The translations under genes and the position numbers were made by a program. Source: Promethearchaeota archaeon (GTDB taxonomy: Archaea > Asgardarchaeota > Lokiarchaeia > Sigyniarchaeales > SOKP01). From it: a DNA stretch of 28,327 nt. Within the stretch, counting starts at the first letter, position 1; each line of letters begins with the position of its first letter. A model generated the notes under the pieces. The model did not search any database and had not been told where the DNA came from. It saw only the letters and a list, made by a program, of their open reading frames with translations. Below are positions 18,682 to 27,449 of this stretch, in pieces. The stretch covers positions 1 to 28,327 of the forward strand of contig JABCSY010000052.1 in the NCBI GenBank assembly GCA_018238625.1. Direction: 5' to 3'.

Positions 18682-18691
18682 TATCCTAGAA

Positions 18692-21547
18692 TCACTTAAA
18701 ACTTTCTTTTAGTAATCCAAGATATTTCTCTAATAATTCTAAATTGAAGAAAAAATAGAGGGGTAATTTCATTTCATTTTCCCATATTCCCTTCCATTTA
18801 TTCTGAATTTTTTCATATTTATCTACAATTTCTTCATAAAAAGGATACGGTTTCAAACCATCTTCTGATGTTTTCAGCATATCTAATCCATAGAGCTCAT
18901 CTAGATGACCAAGGAAAAGAGTTCTTTTTATGGGTGAATCTAATTTTCCTACGTATGAAATAAAATAACCTACCTTAATTATTATTGGATACAATACTTT
19001 GGGTAGAAACTCTTTAAAATCCGTTTGTTTAAATTCTAACTCGTACTCTTTTTTTATAGCACTTTCTATAAACCCCCCGAACGTAATATCCAACACCCTG
19101 AAGCTAATCCATTCTTTTGGATCAACTTGATTAAAAATATCATAAATCAATCCGTAGGTTCTTCTAATAGGCTCTTTTAGTTGAGGTAATATATGTTTTA
19201 GATTATTAAGATGATTTTGATTAAGGTCATCAATAGCGTCTTGAGCTGGTTGCATGCGAGGGTCTATTTTTAATGCATTTTGTAAGCATTTTAATCCATC
19301 GTCAGGTTTCCCTACGTTTATTAAAGCTAACCCCCGAATATACCACCCCTCTGTTTTATAAGGGTGATAATGACACAATTCATCTGTTACTTTAATGACT
19401 TCTTCATCTCTAGCCGCTTGAAGCAAAACATTAGCTTTCAATAATAGTGTAAACCATGCGCGAGGCATTAACTTTAACGCTTTGTCATACCATTCAATTG
19501 CTTCATCGAATCGTTTTTGTTGTGCAAATACGGTGCCCTTATCGGTAAGTTCCATGAATTCCTGCATATTCTCCATAGATGGTAGCTCGAAAGGTTTTTG
19601 TGGTTCTGTTTCCTCATCGACAGCCGGAATGTTTTGGATTTTCAAATCTTTGAGATCCATCGTTTCTACGCTAGTAGGACCGCCTAACCCCAAATGAATT
19701 ACAGGAACCTTATCTCCGCCTTTTCCTACCTGAGTACCGCATTTTTTACAATATTTGTCACCAAATTTAACAGGATTTCCACAATTATCACACACAAAAT
19801 CACCTTTAGGAGGAGTTCCACGATTTTTCCCAAAAAATGATTTACTATCAATGATTGCTACGATGTCTGATTTATCTAACGCAGGGTTAATTGATGTGGC
19901 TTCTTGTTTTGCCTTATCCGCCTCTTCCGTTCTGCCTAATTGTCTTAACGCCACAGATTTATTGTACCACGCTTTATCTGAATTTGGATTTAATTTAATC
20001 GCCTTGTCAAAACATTCCAACGCTTCTTGAAGTTTATTAAGATTCGTTAAAATACCACCCTTATTTACCCATCCATCCTCATATCTTGGTTCCAATTTTA
20101 ATACTTTCTCAATAGATTCCATAGCCTCCTCATTTCTTTTTAAATTCATGAGTGTAGCTGCTTTATTAGATAATAAACGAAAATCGTTAGGAGCTATTTT
20201 CAATGCCTCGTTCATGCATTCAAGAGCTTCGTCAAACTTTTTAAGTTGGCCAAGTAGGCTTCCTTTATTATGTAACGCTTGTAAGAAATCTGGTTTTAAT
20301 TTAAGAGCCTCATCAAACATTTCAATGGCCTTCTCGTAATCGCCTACTAAGTTTAAAGCGTAAGCTTTGTTGTAAAAACCAGCTGCATCGGTCGGGTTAG
20401 ATAATAATAATTTTTTCACTTCTTCTTCAGGAAGATGTATTTTTATCATTTTTAAAGCGATTTCTTTAGCCTCTTGAGCGGGTTTGAAATCAGGGTTGAT
20501 TTTTAAAGCTTTATCAAGATATTCGATTGCTTGTTTAAAATCTTTTTTGAAACCTAGAAGATGCCCTTTCAAAAATAAAAGCTGATGAGAATCTGGCGAT
20601 GTTTTTAAAGCTTCGTCGCATATACTTAGTGCCTCGTCAGTTCTCCTAAGAGAGACTAATGTCTGCGCTTTTTCTCCTAAGGCCGTAAAATCTTTCCGAT
20701 CTAAAGCTATAGCTTTGTCAAAGCATTCTAAGGCTTCACTTATCCGCTTTAAACCCCTCAAAGCCACCCCTTTTAACCCCCATGCTTTATTTGAATTGGA
20801 ATCTAGTTTGATTGCGCTATCAAAACATTCAAGGGCTTCAGAATCGTGTTTAATCATCAATAATTCCATACCCTTATTTATCCAAGCTTCAACATTCTCC
20901 GGATCTTTACCAGTTAAAATATCTAAAGTATCAACGGCCTCACTATCTCTTCCAAGTTCCTTTAAAACCATTGCCTTGAACCTCCTAGCTTCGTTCATGT
21001 TCGGATTTATCTTTATTACCTCGTCAAAACATTTTAACGCACCTTCAAACTTTTTCTCGAACGATAATATCAACCCCTTGCTAAGCCAGCCTCCTATAAA
21101 TTTCGGATCAACCTCAATTGCCTTTTCAAAATATTCTAGGGCTTTTTGAGGATTGCTCCTATTCATATAAATAGCGCCCTTCTCGTGATAAGGTCCAGGA
21201 TTTTTCGGATTAATTTTTATTGCTTTATCAATACATTCGAGAGCGGCTTCTAAATTTCCTTGCATACTTAAAACCCTTCCCTTTAAACTCAACACTTCAC
21301 TAGATTTATCGTCTATCTCAAGTGCCTGATCCAAGAGATTACGGGCCTCTTTTACTTTTTGTAAACTTAGATAAACAGTAGCTTTAAACGTTAATGCCTC
21401 TACAGATTTAGGGTTTCTTTTTAGGATTTGATCGAAACACCTTAACGCCTCCTCAAAGTCACCTTTCCTTCCCGCATTTACCCCTCTCTTGAACCATATA
21501 TCAAATTCAGGATCGCGAGATCGCTCTCTATCTCTCTTTTTTGTCAT
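18692..21547 (-). CDS. Large TPR-repeat protein with internal zinc ribbon and unknown C-terminal domain
   Basis: Many 34-aa W.NKG..L..L.R..EAL.CFDKAI.L.P repeats in three blocks. CDNC..CKKC zinc ribbon at 19736-19792. Start is ATG 21547 or GTG 21556. Confidence 0.88.
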   Translation of the reverse strand: MTKKRDRERSRDPEFDIWFKRGVNAGRKGDFEEALRCFDQILKRNPKSVEALTFKATVYLSLQKVKEARNLLDQALEIDDKSSEVLSLKGRVLSMQGNLEAALECIDKAIKINPKNPGPYHEKGAIYMNRSNPQKALEYFEKAIEVDPKFIGGWLSKGLILSFEKKFEGALKCFDEVIKINPNMNEARRFKAMVLKELGRDSEAVDTLDILTGKDPENVEAWINKGMELLMIKHDSEALECFDSAIKLDSNSNKAWGLKGVALRGLKRISEALECFDKAIALDRKDFTALGEKAQTLVSLRRTDEALSICDEALKTSPDSHQLLFLKGHLLGFKKDFKQAIEYLDKALKINPDFKPAQEAKEIALKMIKIHLPEEEVKKLLLSNPTDAAGFYNKAYALNLVGDYEKAIEMFDEALKLKPDFLQALHNKGSLLGQLKKFDEALECMNEALKIAPNDFRLLSNKAATLMNLKRNEEAMESIEKVLKLEPRYEDGWVNKGGILTNLNKLQEALECFDKAIKLNPNSDKAWYNKSVALRQLGRTEEADKAKQEATSINPALDKSDIVAIIDSKSFFGKNRGTPPKGDFVCDNCGNPVKFGDKYCKKCGTQVGKGGDKVPVIHLGLGGPTSVETMDLKDLKIQNIPAVDEETEPQKPFELPSMENMQEFMELTDKGTVFAQQKRFDEAIEWYDKALKLMPRAWFTLLLKANVLLQAARDEEVIKVTDELCHYHPYKTEGWYIRGLALINVGKPDDGLKCLQNALKIDPRMQPAQDAIDDLNQNHLNNLKHILPQLKEPIRRTYGLIYDIFNQVDPKEWISFRVLDITFGGFIESAIKKEYELEFKQTDFKEFLPKVLYPIIIKVGYFISYVGKLDSPIKRTLFLGHLDELYGLDMLKTSEDGLKPYPFYEEIVDKYEKIQNKWKGIWENEMKLPLYFFFNLELLEKYLGLLKESFK

Positions 21548-21643
21548 TCTGAACACGTGAATTTTTTTCTTTTATATGAATATTGATTAATATGTTGAAG
21601 TTATATTTAATAATTTTGAGTCTCATCAAATTCAATTTCTCTC

Positions 21644-21738
21644 AAAGAGTCCTTCAACTTCTTCCCTTTTGTCGTTTTTTTTTCTATTGAATTTTTAAAT
21701 TGTTGGAATGTCCATTTGATTTAATAATTCTAATGAAT
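21644..21738. repeat. Dispersed repeat, copy 3 (~95 bp), upstream of mntA-hepT
   Basis: Shared with 7641-7733 and 6363-6387. Confidence 0.85.
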
Positions 21739-21817
21739 ACTTATTCTATAAAGAAGAAGAATATAAGTGCATTAACTTGTTACAAGAATAAGTTTAAGAA
21801 AAGAGAAGGGAAAAATT

Positions 21818-22114
21818 ATGGTAGAGACTAAAGAAAATATCCTCAAAACGCTTAATCGGTTAAAAAATGAAATCGCAACAGATTACAAGGTAAAAAAAAT
21901 TGGACTCTTTGGCTCATATGTCAAACATAAGCAAGATGATTCAAGTGATATAGACATTCTAGTTGATTTTGAAGATGGCGCTGACCTAATTCACTTCATT
22001 GGTCTTTCGCGCTATTTAGAAGAAATCTTTAAAACAAAAGTCGATGTTGTGTCAAAATCTAGTCTGAAAGAGGAACTTAAACAAAATATCCTTCAAGAGG
22101 TTATCTATGAGTGA
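21818..22114 (+). CDS. mntA: Minimal nucleotidyltransferase antitoxin (MNT)
   Basis: LFGSY..SDIDILVDF and KVDVV motifs. Overlaps the downstream HEPN gene. Confidence 0.9.
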   Translation: MVETKENILKTLNRLKNEIATDYKVKKIGLFGSYVKHKQDDSSDIDILVDFEDGADLIHFIGLSRYLEEIFKTKVDVVSKSSLKEELKQNILQEVIYE

Positions 22115-22439
22115 AAAATCATTTGTTTACTTAAGAGATATTAAAAACGCAATAAATAGTATCGAATTATTTATTAAAAACATGACCTTTCCTCAATTCC
22201 AAAGTGACGACAAAACATCCAGTGCGGTAATTCGTAAGTTTGAAATAATTGGAGAAGCAAGCAAAAACATTCCTAAATCCATCAGAGAAAAACATTCTCA
22301 TATTCCCTGGAAAGATATTGCTGGCATGAGAGATAGGTTAATCCACGCTTATTCTGAAGTTGATCTAAAGCTAGTTTGGATGACAATTAAACAAAGATTA
22401 CCTGAATTAAAGAGTGTAATTGAGGAAATACTAAGATAA
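22107..22439 (+). CDS. hepT: HEPN/DUF86 ribonuclease toxin
   Basis: EIIGEASK, IPWKDIAGMRDRLIHAY (Rx4HxY motif). Confidence 0.92.
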   Translation: MSEKSFVYLRDIKNAINSIELFIKNMTFPQFQSDDKTSSAVIRKFEIIGEASKNIPKSIREKHSHIPWKDIAGMRDRLIHAYSEVDLKLVWMTIKQRLPELKSVIEEILR

Positions 22440-22494
22440 GACAATTTTAGGTAGATTAATCATATTTTTTAATTGTGGTTGATTGAAATTATTC

Positions 22495-25284
22495 ATGCCT
22501 AAGCGTAAAATCCAGCAAGTTTTTCAAGAAAAAAATAAACTCAAAAAAAAGTGGGAAAACAGCTGGCTCAATTTCTTGAAAAATGAGACTTATTTAACTT
22601 TTATCGAAAAAGATCAATTTATTACAGAATTGGACCATTTACTCAAGTATCCGCGAATAAATTGGTTTCATTTAAAGGATTTCCTTAAGGTAAGAAAACG
22701 TAAAAAAGAGCTGCGTTACGCAAAACATAAAACAATAGAATATAACAAAGAATTTATTGCTCGGCGTTTAAAAGATCACGATTCCTTCTTCGAAGGTACA
22801 GATGACGGTTTAAAGTATCCTCTTGATATTGATCAAAGAATAGCAATTATTAGAGACGATAAACACAATCTTGTCGTTGCTGGCGCTGGCTCAGGAAAAA
22901 CTAGCGTACTCTCGTCTAGAATTGCTTATTTAATTAGACGAAAAGATAAAATTAACAGCGAGAGAATTCTTGCACTGGCTTTCACAAGGGTGGCGGCGCA
23001 AGAAATGAGAGAAAGGATAAAAAAGAACTACAACATTGACATCGATATTTACACGTTTCACGCATTAGGAAGAAAAATCATACGAGATGAGACGGGTAAG
23101 AAACCCAGATTAATATTTGAACAAAAATTCGACGCTAATCAGTACAAACTAATCAAAAACCTATTTGGAGAAGCGCTAAAAGAAAAAAAATATCAACAAT
23201 TACTTATTGAATATTTGGCTTACTATAGCGAGCAAGAAGTGGACGAAACTTCTTTTGCTGACAAGGAGGAATATTACAAATACATGGAAAACAAAAAGTA
23301 CTCGACCATAAACGATATAGAAGTAAAATCTGTAGCTGAGCGAGACATAGGCAACTTCCTATTCTTACATAATATTAAATTTAAATACGAACCACTTGTA
23401 GAATGGGTGGATAAAAGTGAGGAAGAGAAAGATGAAGATGAATTCGAAAAAGAAAATGATATTGACGAAAAGGAATATCATCCGGATTTCTTTTTACCTG
23501 ATTTCGACATTTACATCGAACATTGGGGCCTTAACGAAAATATGGAAGTCGCACCGTGGTTTTCGCAATCTTCGGAAGAATACTTGGAAGTTAGAAAGTG
23601 GAAATTATCGCAATTTGAGAAGCATGATAAAATACTTGTAGAAACATGGGATTACGAGAGGAGACGCGACGAATTAATTCCTAATTTGAAAAAGAAACTA
23701 CTTGACGTTAATCCCAAAATTGAGTTTATACCATTGTCCTACGAGGAATTGGTCGGAAAAACTCACCAATTTAAAGAAAAAAGAGACCAGTTGGTAAATT
23801 TAATCGCCAACTTCATTAAAATAGCTAAATCCAACTTCTACAACGAAAAAGACATCGAAAAAAAATTAGAAACTATAAAGTACAAGAAAAAACAAAGGCT
23901 ATTTGGCTACATCGCCCTTGAAGTCTTTAAAAGGTATCAAAACTATTTGAAAACCGAAGATAAAATCGATTTTAGCGACATGATAAACCACGCCGTAGAG
24001 TTCGTTAAAAATCGGCCTGAAAAATATCATAACATGTACGACCACATTCTCGTAGACGAATTTCAGGATATCTCGTACCAAAGATTACAATTAATAAAAG
24101 GGATCGTTAACGAGAACTCGCGTACAAAATTGTTCTGCGTGGGCGACGATTGGCAAAGCATATATCAATTTACCGGGAGCGATGTCCGCTTTTTTACGAA
24201 TTTTGAAGAATTTTTCGACAAACCCGAAATTAGCTACCTCAAAACAAATTACCGCAGCTCATTTAACATCGTTGACGTGTCTAATTACCTCATTTCAAAG
24301 AATAAAGATCAGATTAAGAAAATTATTCAAACTAATAACACGCAAGGACAACAACCAATATTTTTCGAATTATCTAAAAGATTTATTTACGGAAAAACTC
24401 AAATACCGCACGTGTACGAATTAATAAAAAAACTATTGGCTGAAGGCGTAAAACCCGACGAGATTATGGTCTTATCGCGCTTCAATAACTTTTTAAAAGA
24501 ATTAGAAATTTATTGCGGGGCAAGAGAAATTCCAACAGAATATAAAGCGGGAGGCGTGAGATTTTATAGCGCTCATGGATCTAAAGGTACTGAATGCAAA
24601 CACGTCATCCTCACCGGCGTCACATCGGGATTGTACGGATTTCCGTGCGAAATTCAAGATTCTTCCGTAATGGAAGTAGCTAAACGATTTAAAACCAAAA
24701 AATACATCGAAGAAGAAAGAAGGCTCTTTTACGTCGCTCTTACTCGAAGCAAAAAGTTTCTTTATATTTACAGCATCGAAGATAACAACTCAATCTTTAT
24801 CGACGAAATAAAAACTCATTTAATGAAATTTCACATCGATTCCTTACCAAGATGGGAAGAACTCGATTCAGAGGTCATATCTAATCTCTTAAACGAAAAG
24901 AAATTTGAAAGACCAATTATATGTCCAGAATGCGGCAAATTCCTGAAAGAACGATCTGGTAAGTATGGAAAGTTTTTAGGTTGTACCGGCTACCCCCAAT
25001 GTAAATATACATTTGACACAAGAGAAAAGTTGAAAGTATCTGAACTTCCTAATACCTGCCCAAAGTGCAAAAGGCGTTTAGTAATTAAGAAAGGAAAATA
25101 CGGCGGTTTTATAGGCTGCACCGGCTATCCTAAATGTAATTTTACTTTTAATCTTAGTAACGATATATCTATTCCTTGCCCAAAATGTGGAAAACATTTA
25201 GTAGCCCGCAGTGGAAAGTATGGCGCTTTTTTAGGGTGCTCAAACTATCCAAGTTGTAAATTTACTTTTAATTTAAGAAAATAG
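22495..25284 (+). CDS. SF1 UvrD/HelD-like DNA helicase with inserted nuclease-like domain and three C-terminal topoisomerase-type C4 zinc fingers
   Basis: AGAGSGKT, LAFT, TFH, DEFQD, VGDDWQSIY, NYRS, HGSKGTE and EERRLFYVALTR motifs. Insert S..E..IGNFL..YEP..PDF..IYIEHWG. Three CPxCG..GKYG.F.GCxxYPxC units. Confidence 0.9.
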   Translation: MPKRKIQQVFQEKNKLKKKWENSWLNFLKNETYLTFIEKDQFITELDHLLKYPRINWFHLKDFLKVRKRKKELRYAKHKTIEYNKEFIARRLKDHDSFFEGTDDGLKYPLDIDQRIAIIRDDKHNLVVAGAGSGKTSVLSSRIAYLIRRKDKINSERILALAFTRVAAQEMRERIKKNYNIDIDIYTFHALGRKIIRDETGKKPRLIFEQKFDANQYKLIKNLFGEALKEKKYQQLLIEYLAYYSEQEVDETSFADKEEYYKYMENKKYSTINDIEVKSVAERDIGNFLFLHNIKFKYEPLVEWVDKSEEEKDEDEFEKENDIDEKEYHPDFFLPDFDIYIEHWGLNENMEVAPWFSQSSEEYLEVRKWKLSQFEKHDKILVETWDYERRRDELIPNLKKKLLDVNPKIEFIPLSYEELVGKTHQFKEKRDQLVNLIANFIKIAKSNFYNEKDIEKKLETIKYKKKQRLFGYIALEVFKRYQNYLKTEDKIDFSDMINHAVEFVKNRPEKYHNMYDHILVDEFQDISYQRLQLIKGIVNENSRTKLFCVGDDWQSIYQFTGSDVRFFTNFEEFFDKPEISYLKTNYRSSFNIVDVSNYLISKNKDQIKKIIQTNNTQGQQPIFFELSKRFIYGKTQIPHVYELIKKLLAEGVKPDEIMVLSRFNNFLKELEIYCGAREIPTEYKAGGVRFYSAHGSKGTECKHVILTGVTSGLYGFPCEIQDSSVMEVAKRFKTKKYIEEERRLFYVALTRSKKFLYIYSIEDNNSIFIDEIKTHLMKFHIDSLPRWEELDSEVISNLLNEKKFERPIICPECGKFLKERSGKYGKFLGCTGYPQCKYTFDTREKLKVSELPNTCPKCKRRLVIKKGKYGGFIGCTGYPKCNFTFNLSNDISIPCPKCGKHLVARSGKYGAFLGCSNYPSCKFTFNLRK

Positions 25285-25367
25285 ATTTTTGTGAAAAAAT
25301 TTTAGAATTCAATTCAATTACTTACAATTAAGATAAATATAAAATATACAATTAACATATATTTAGT

Positions 25368-25595
25368 ATGGACTTTTCTTTCGATAAGGTTGCTAATACT
25401 CTTTACATTCGTTTTTCTCTTGAAGACATTCTTAATTCTGATGAAATAGCAGAGGGAATTATAATCGATTATGGAAAAGAGAATAATATTATGGGTATAG
25501 AAATACTTAATTTTACAAATAGAACGTTAAACCTTAACGATCTTATTCAAATGAATGTAGAAGAATTAATACCAAGACTAACTCAATGTCAATAA
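25368..25595 (+). CDS. DUF2283-family small protein (putative antitoxin)
   Basis: FDKVANTLYIRF..SDEIAEGIIIDY...IMGIEIL. Confidence 0.82.
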   Translation: MDFSFDKVANTLYIRFSLEDILNSDEIAEGIIIDYGKENNIMGIEILNFTNRTLNLNDLIQMNVEELIPRLTQCQ

Positions 25596-25831
25596 AATTC
25601 ACTAAACACGCCTTACAACTGATGAAGGCTCGAAATATCTCTAAAGATGAAATTATTGAAGCTATTAATTATCCTGATAATTTATTAAATGATTCCTACA
25701 AAAATAAAATCGCTCATAAAGTAAAAAAGAATTATTTATTACGAGTTTTTTATTATTTAGAGGGAAATTCGAAAATTGTGATTACTGCTTATAAAACTAC
25801 TAAAATTGATAAATATATTTCAAACCCTTAA
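25586..25831 (+). CDS. DUF4258-family protein (putative RelE-like toxin)
   Basis: FTKHA..M..RNIS..EI..AINYPD..LLRVFY..VITAY. Overlaps the DUF2283 gene. Confidence 0.8.
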   Translation: MSIKFTKHALQLMKARNISKDEIIEAINYPDNLLNDSYKNKIAHKVKKNYLLRVFYYLEGNSKIVITAYKTTKIDKYISNP

Positions 25832-25854
25832 ACCGTGGCATTTAAAACTATGAT

Positions 25855-25893
25855 AATAATATTTGAAAAGATCATGAAATAACCCTCATTCAA
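25855..25893. repeat. att-like junction site A (left arm + TGAAATAACC core + right arm)
   Basis: AATAATATTT-N10-TGAAATAACC-CTCATTCAA. The left part is shared with site C and the right part with site B. Confidence 0.55.
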
Positions 25894-25923
25894 GTTTGAA
25901 ATAAGATTAATAAATAATGGAAA

Positions 25924-26103
25924 ATGGAAAAAATTAATTCTGGCAATTGTATAATTTCATGTGAATCTGAAGCAATTTCTCTACAGATAAGAGAAAAAGA
26001 GTATATTCCATTCGATTCAATGGAAGAACTCTATGCTAAAATCTTAGAACGAAGAGAAATCATTAAAAAAAGAGAGGAAAAAAGAAGATCAAGAAAAAAA
26101 TAG
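25924..26103 (+). pseudogene. C-terminal remnant of a 4Fe-4S dicluster protein gene (59-codon ORF, below the ORF-track cutoff)
   Basis: MEKINSGNCIISCESEAISLQIREKEYIP..MEELYAKI retains half of a CxxCxxCxxxC motif and resembles the C-terminus of 1356..2459 (GVCVHHCPENARILERTE..YLP). Confidence 0.55.
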
Positions 26104-26125
26104 TGAGTTATATATGTAATCTTCC

Positions 26126-26144
26126 TGAAATAACCGTCATTCAA
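26126..26144. repeat. att-like junction site B
   Basis: TGAAATAACCGTCATTCAA, 18/19 identical to 25875-25893. The core abuts the PIN gene stop codon. Confidence 0.55.
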
Positions 26145-26562
26145 TTTCAAAATTAAATCCAACTTTAATAATTAATTCCCCTGTGGTTATTATATCAATT
26201 TCCTCTTGACCTTCTTTTAGTTTTTTATCATTTGACCATATTTTAGAATCTATTGCTAGTGCGCAAGCGAGATAAACCGTATCTTTTGGATCCGGAGAAA
26301 ATCTCTCTGCTCTTTCTATATATGGCGTAATCAAATTTTGAGGAACAATTTCTATCTCTTCCTTCAATATATTTAAATATTGAGCAAAATCTTCCTTAGA
26401 ACGGTTTGTTTTCTCAAGTATATACACCTCATATTTTATAAATTCGTCAAAAAGAAACTCAGGAGCAAATAAATTTAATTTATCACTAAGTAGTAGTTCA
26501 GCAGTTAAACTATTTTTGATCAACGAAGCAAATAAGATATTGGCATCTACAACCAATTTCAA
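26137..26562 (-). CDS. PIN-domain toxin (archaeal PIN_2-like)
   Basis: LVVDANILFASL, PDPKDTVYLACAL and IWSNDKKL motifs. Confidence 0.9.
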   Translation of the reverse strand: MKLVVDANILFASLIKNSLTAELLLSDKLNLFAPEFLFDEFIKYEVYILEKTNRSKEDFAQYLNILKEEIEIVPQNLITPYIERAERFSPDPKDTVYLACALAIDSKIWSNDKKLKEGQEEIDIITTGELIIKVGFNFEIE

Positions 26563-26564
26563 AG

Positions 26565-26789
26565 TTAATCCCTCTTATAACGTTTCACCAATAATTGATT
26601 CACTTCTTGTCCTAATTTCAAAGCCTCATCAATAGTAATATCACTATCCATTCTGAAACCTTTCAGAAAACTTAACTGAGCTATCTTTTTCTTTATAGAA
26701 TCTCTCGCAACTTCCGACCAATTAATTTCTGGAAATTTTTCCATTTCTTTTTTAAGGTCTTCTGGAATCGATAAAGTTATATTCGCCAT
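26565..26789 (-). CDS. RHH/CopG-type antitoxin
   Basis: MANITLSIPEDLKKEMEKFPEINWSEVAR, directly upstream of the PIN gene. Confidence 0.87.
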   Translation of the reverse strand: MANITLSIPEDLKKEMEKFPEINWSEVARDSIKKKIAQLSFLKGFRMDSDITIDEALKLGQEVNQLLVKRYKRD

Positions 26790-26820
26790 CTTATAAACAA
26801 ATATTCATTTTCTTTTTATA

Positions 26821-26847
26821 TTATGTGAAATTATGTGAATACACATA
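26821..26847. promoter_or_regulatory. Putative operator of the RHH-PIN pair
   Basis: TTATGTGAA direct repeat at 26821 and 26831, plus the palindrome TATGTG-AATA-CACATA (26832-26847), 30-60 bp upstream of the antitoxin start. Confidence 0.55.
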
Positions 26848-26872
26848 TTTATATTTTCCTTTCTATAAGAAA

Positions 26873-26917
26873 AATAATATTTAGCAAGTGGTCGTGAAAT
26901 AACCGAATATTATTCCA
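26873..26917. repeat. att-like junction site C
   Basis: AATAATATTT-N12-TGAAATAACCG. Also forms the imperfect inverted repeat TGAAATAA-CCGAATA-TTATTCCA. Confidence 0.55.
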
Positions 26918-26944
26918 AAAAAATTAATTCCTAATGAAAACTGC

Positions 26945-27196
26945 GTGAGTCTATTGGAGATAAATGTACATGGGCACGAACTATGGGGCGCTATTGACGA
27001 AGTATTAAGCGCTTTAGAAGAATGTAAATTAAATGGCGACGGGGAAATCAATATCATCCACGGGTATAAGCACGGGCAAGTTCTAAAGAATTACTTTAGA
27101 TCGAATAAATTTCTAGCGGAAATGGCCCGGGAAGGATTCCAACTAAAATTGAAAGCCATTTCTGATCCTGCCATATCGTCTTTTGTACTACTATAA
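26945..27196 (+). CDS. Stand-alone Smr-domain protein (putative endonuclease)
   Basis: EINVHG..A..EV..L..C..INIIHGYKHGQVLK matches the Smr DLHG/IHG pattern. GTG start. Confidence 0.78.
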   Translation: MSLLEINVHGHELWGAIDEVLSALEECKLNGDGEINIIHGYKHGQVLKNYFRSNKFLAEMAREGFQLKLKAISDPAISSFVLL

Positions 27197-27449
27197 CCCC
27201 ATATTTACACGCTTAAAATCAATAATAGTTTTTGAAGTTCTATGGGTTGACTGAAAACAGTTTTAATGTGATTTTTATTTTTTATTTTTTATTTTTTCAA
27301 TAATTGGTTTTTTAATTCCAACAAGTAATTCTTTAATTCTCTAAGGAAACTAAAAATTCACAAACTTATTATTACTATATTATATTAGCTATCCTAAAAA
27401 TAGCTCATTAATTCCTATAATTTTAATTAAAAATCATTTGGATGAAAAA

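Noticed and set aside
6363-21738. GTTGGAATGTCCATTTGATTTAAT as a CRISPR repeat
   Set aside because: Three copies lie kilobases apart, with no regular spacers and no cas genes.
25832-27449. Canonical integron attC sites
   Set aside because: No RYYYAAC...GTTRRRY long imperfect palindromes were found after the genes, and no IntI is in the window. The short sites are reported separately as non-canonical.
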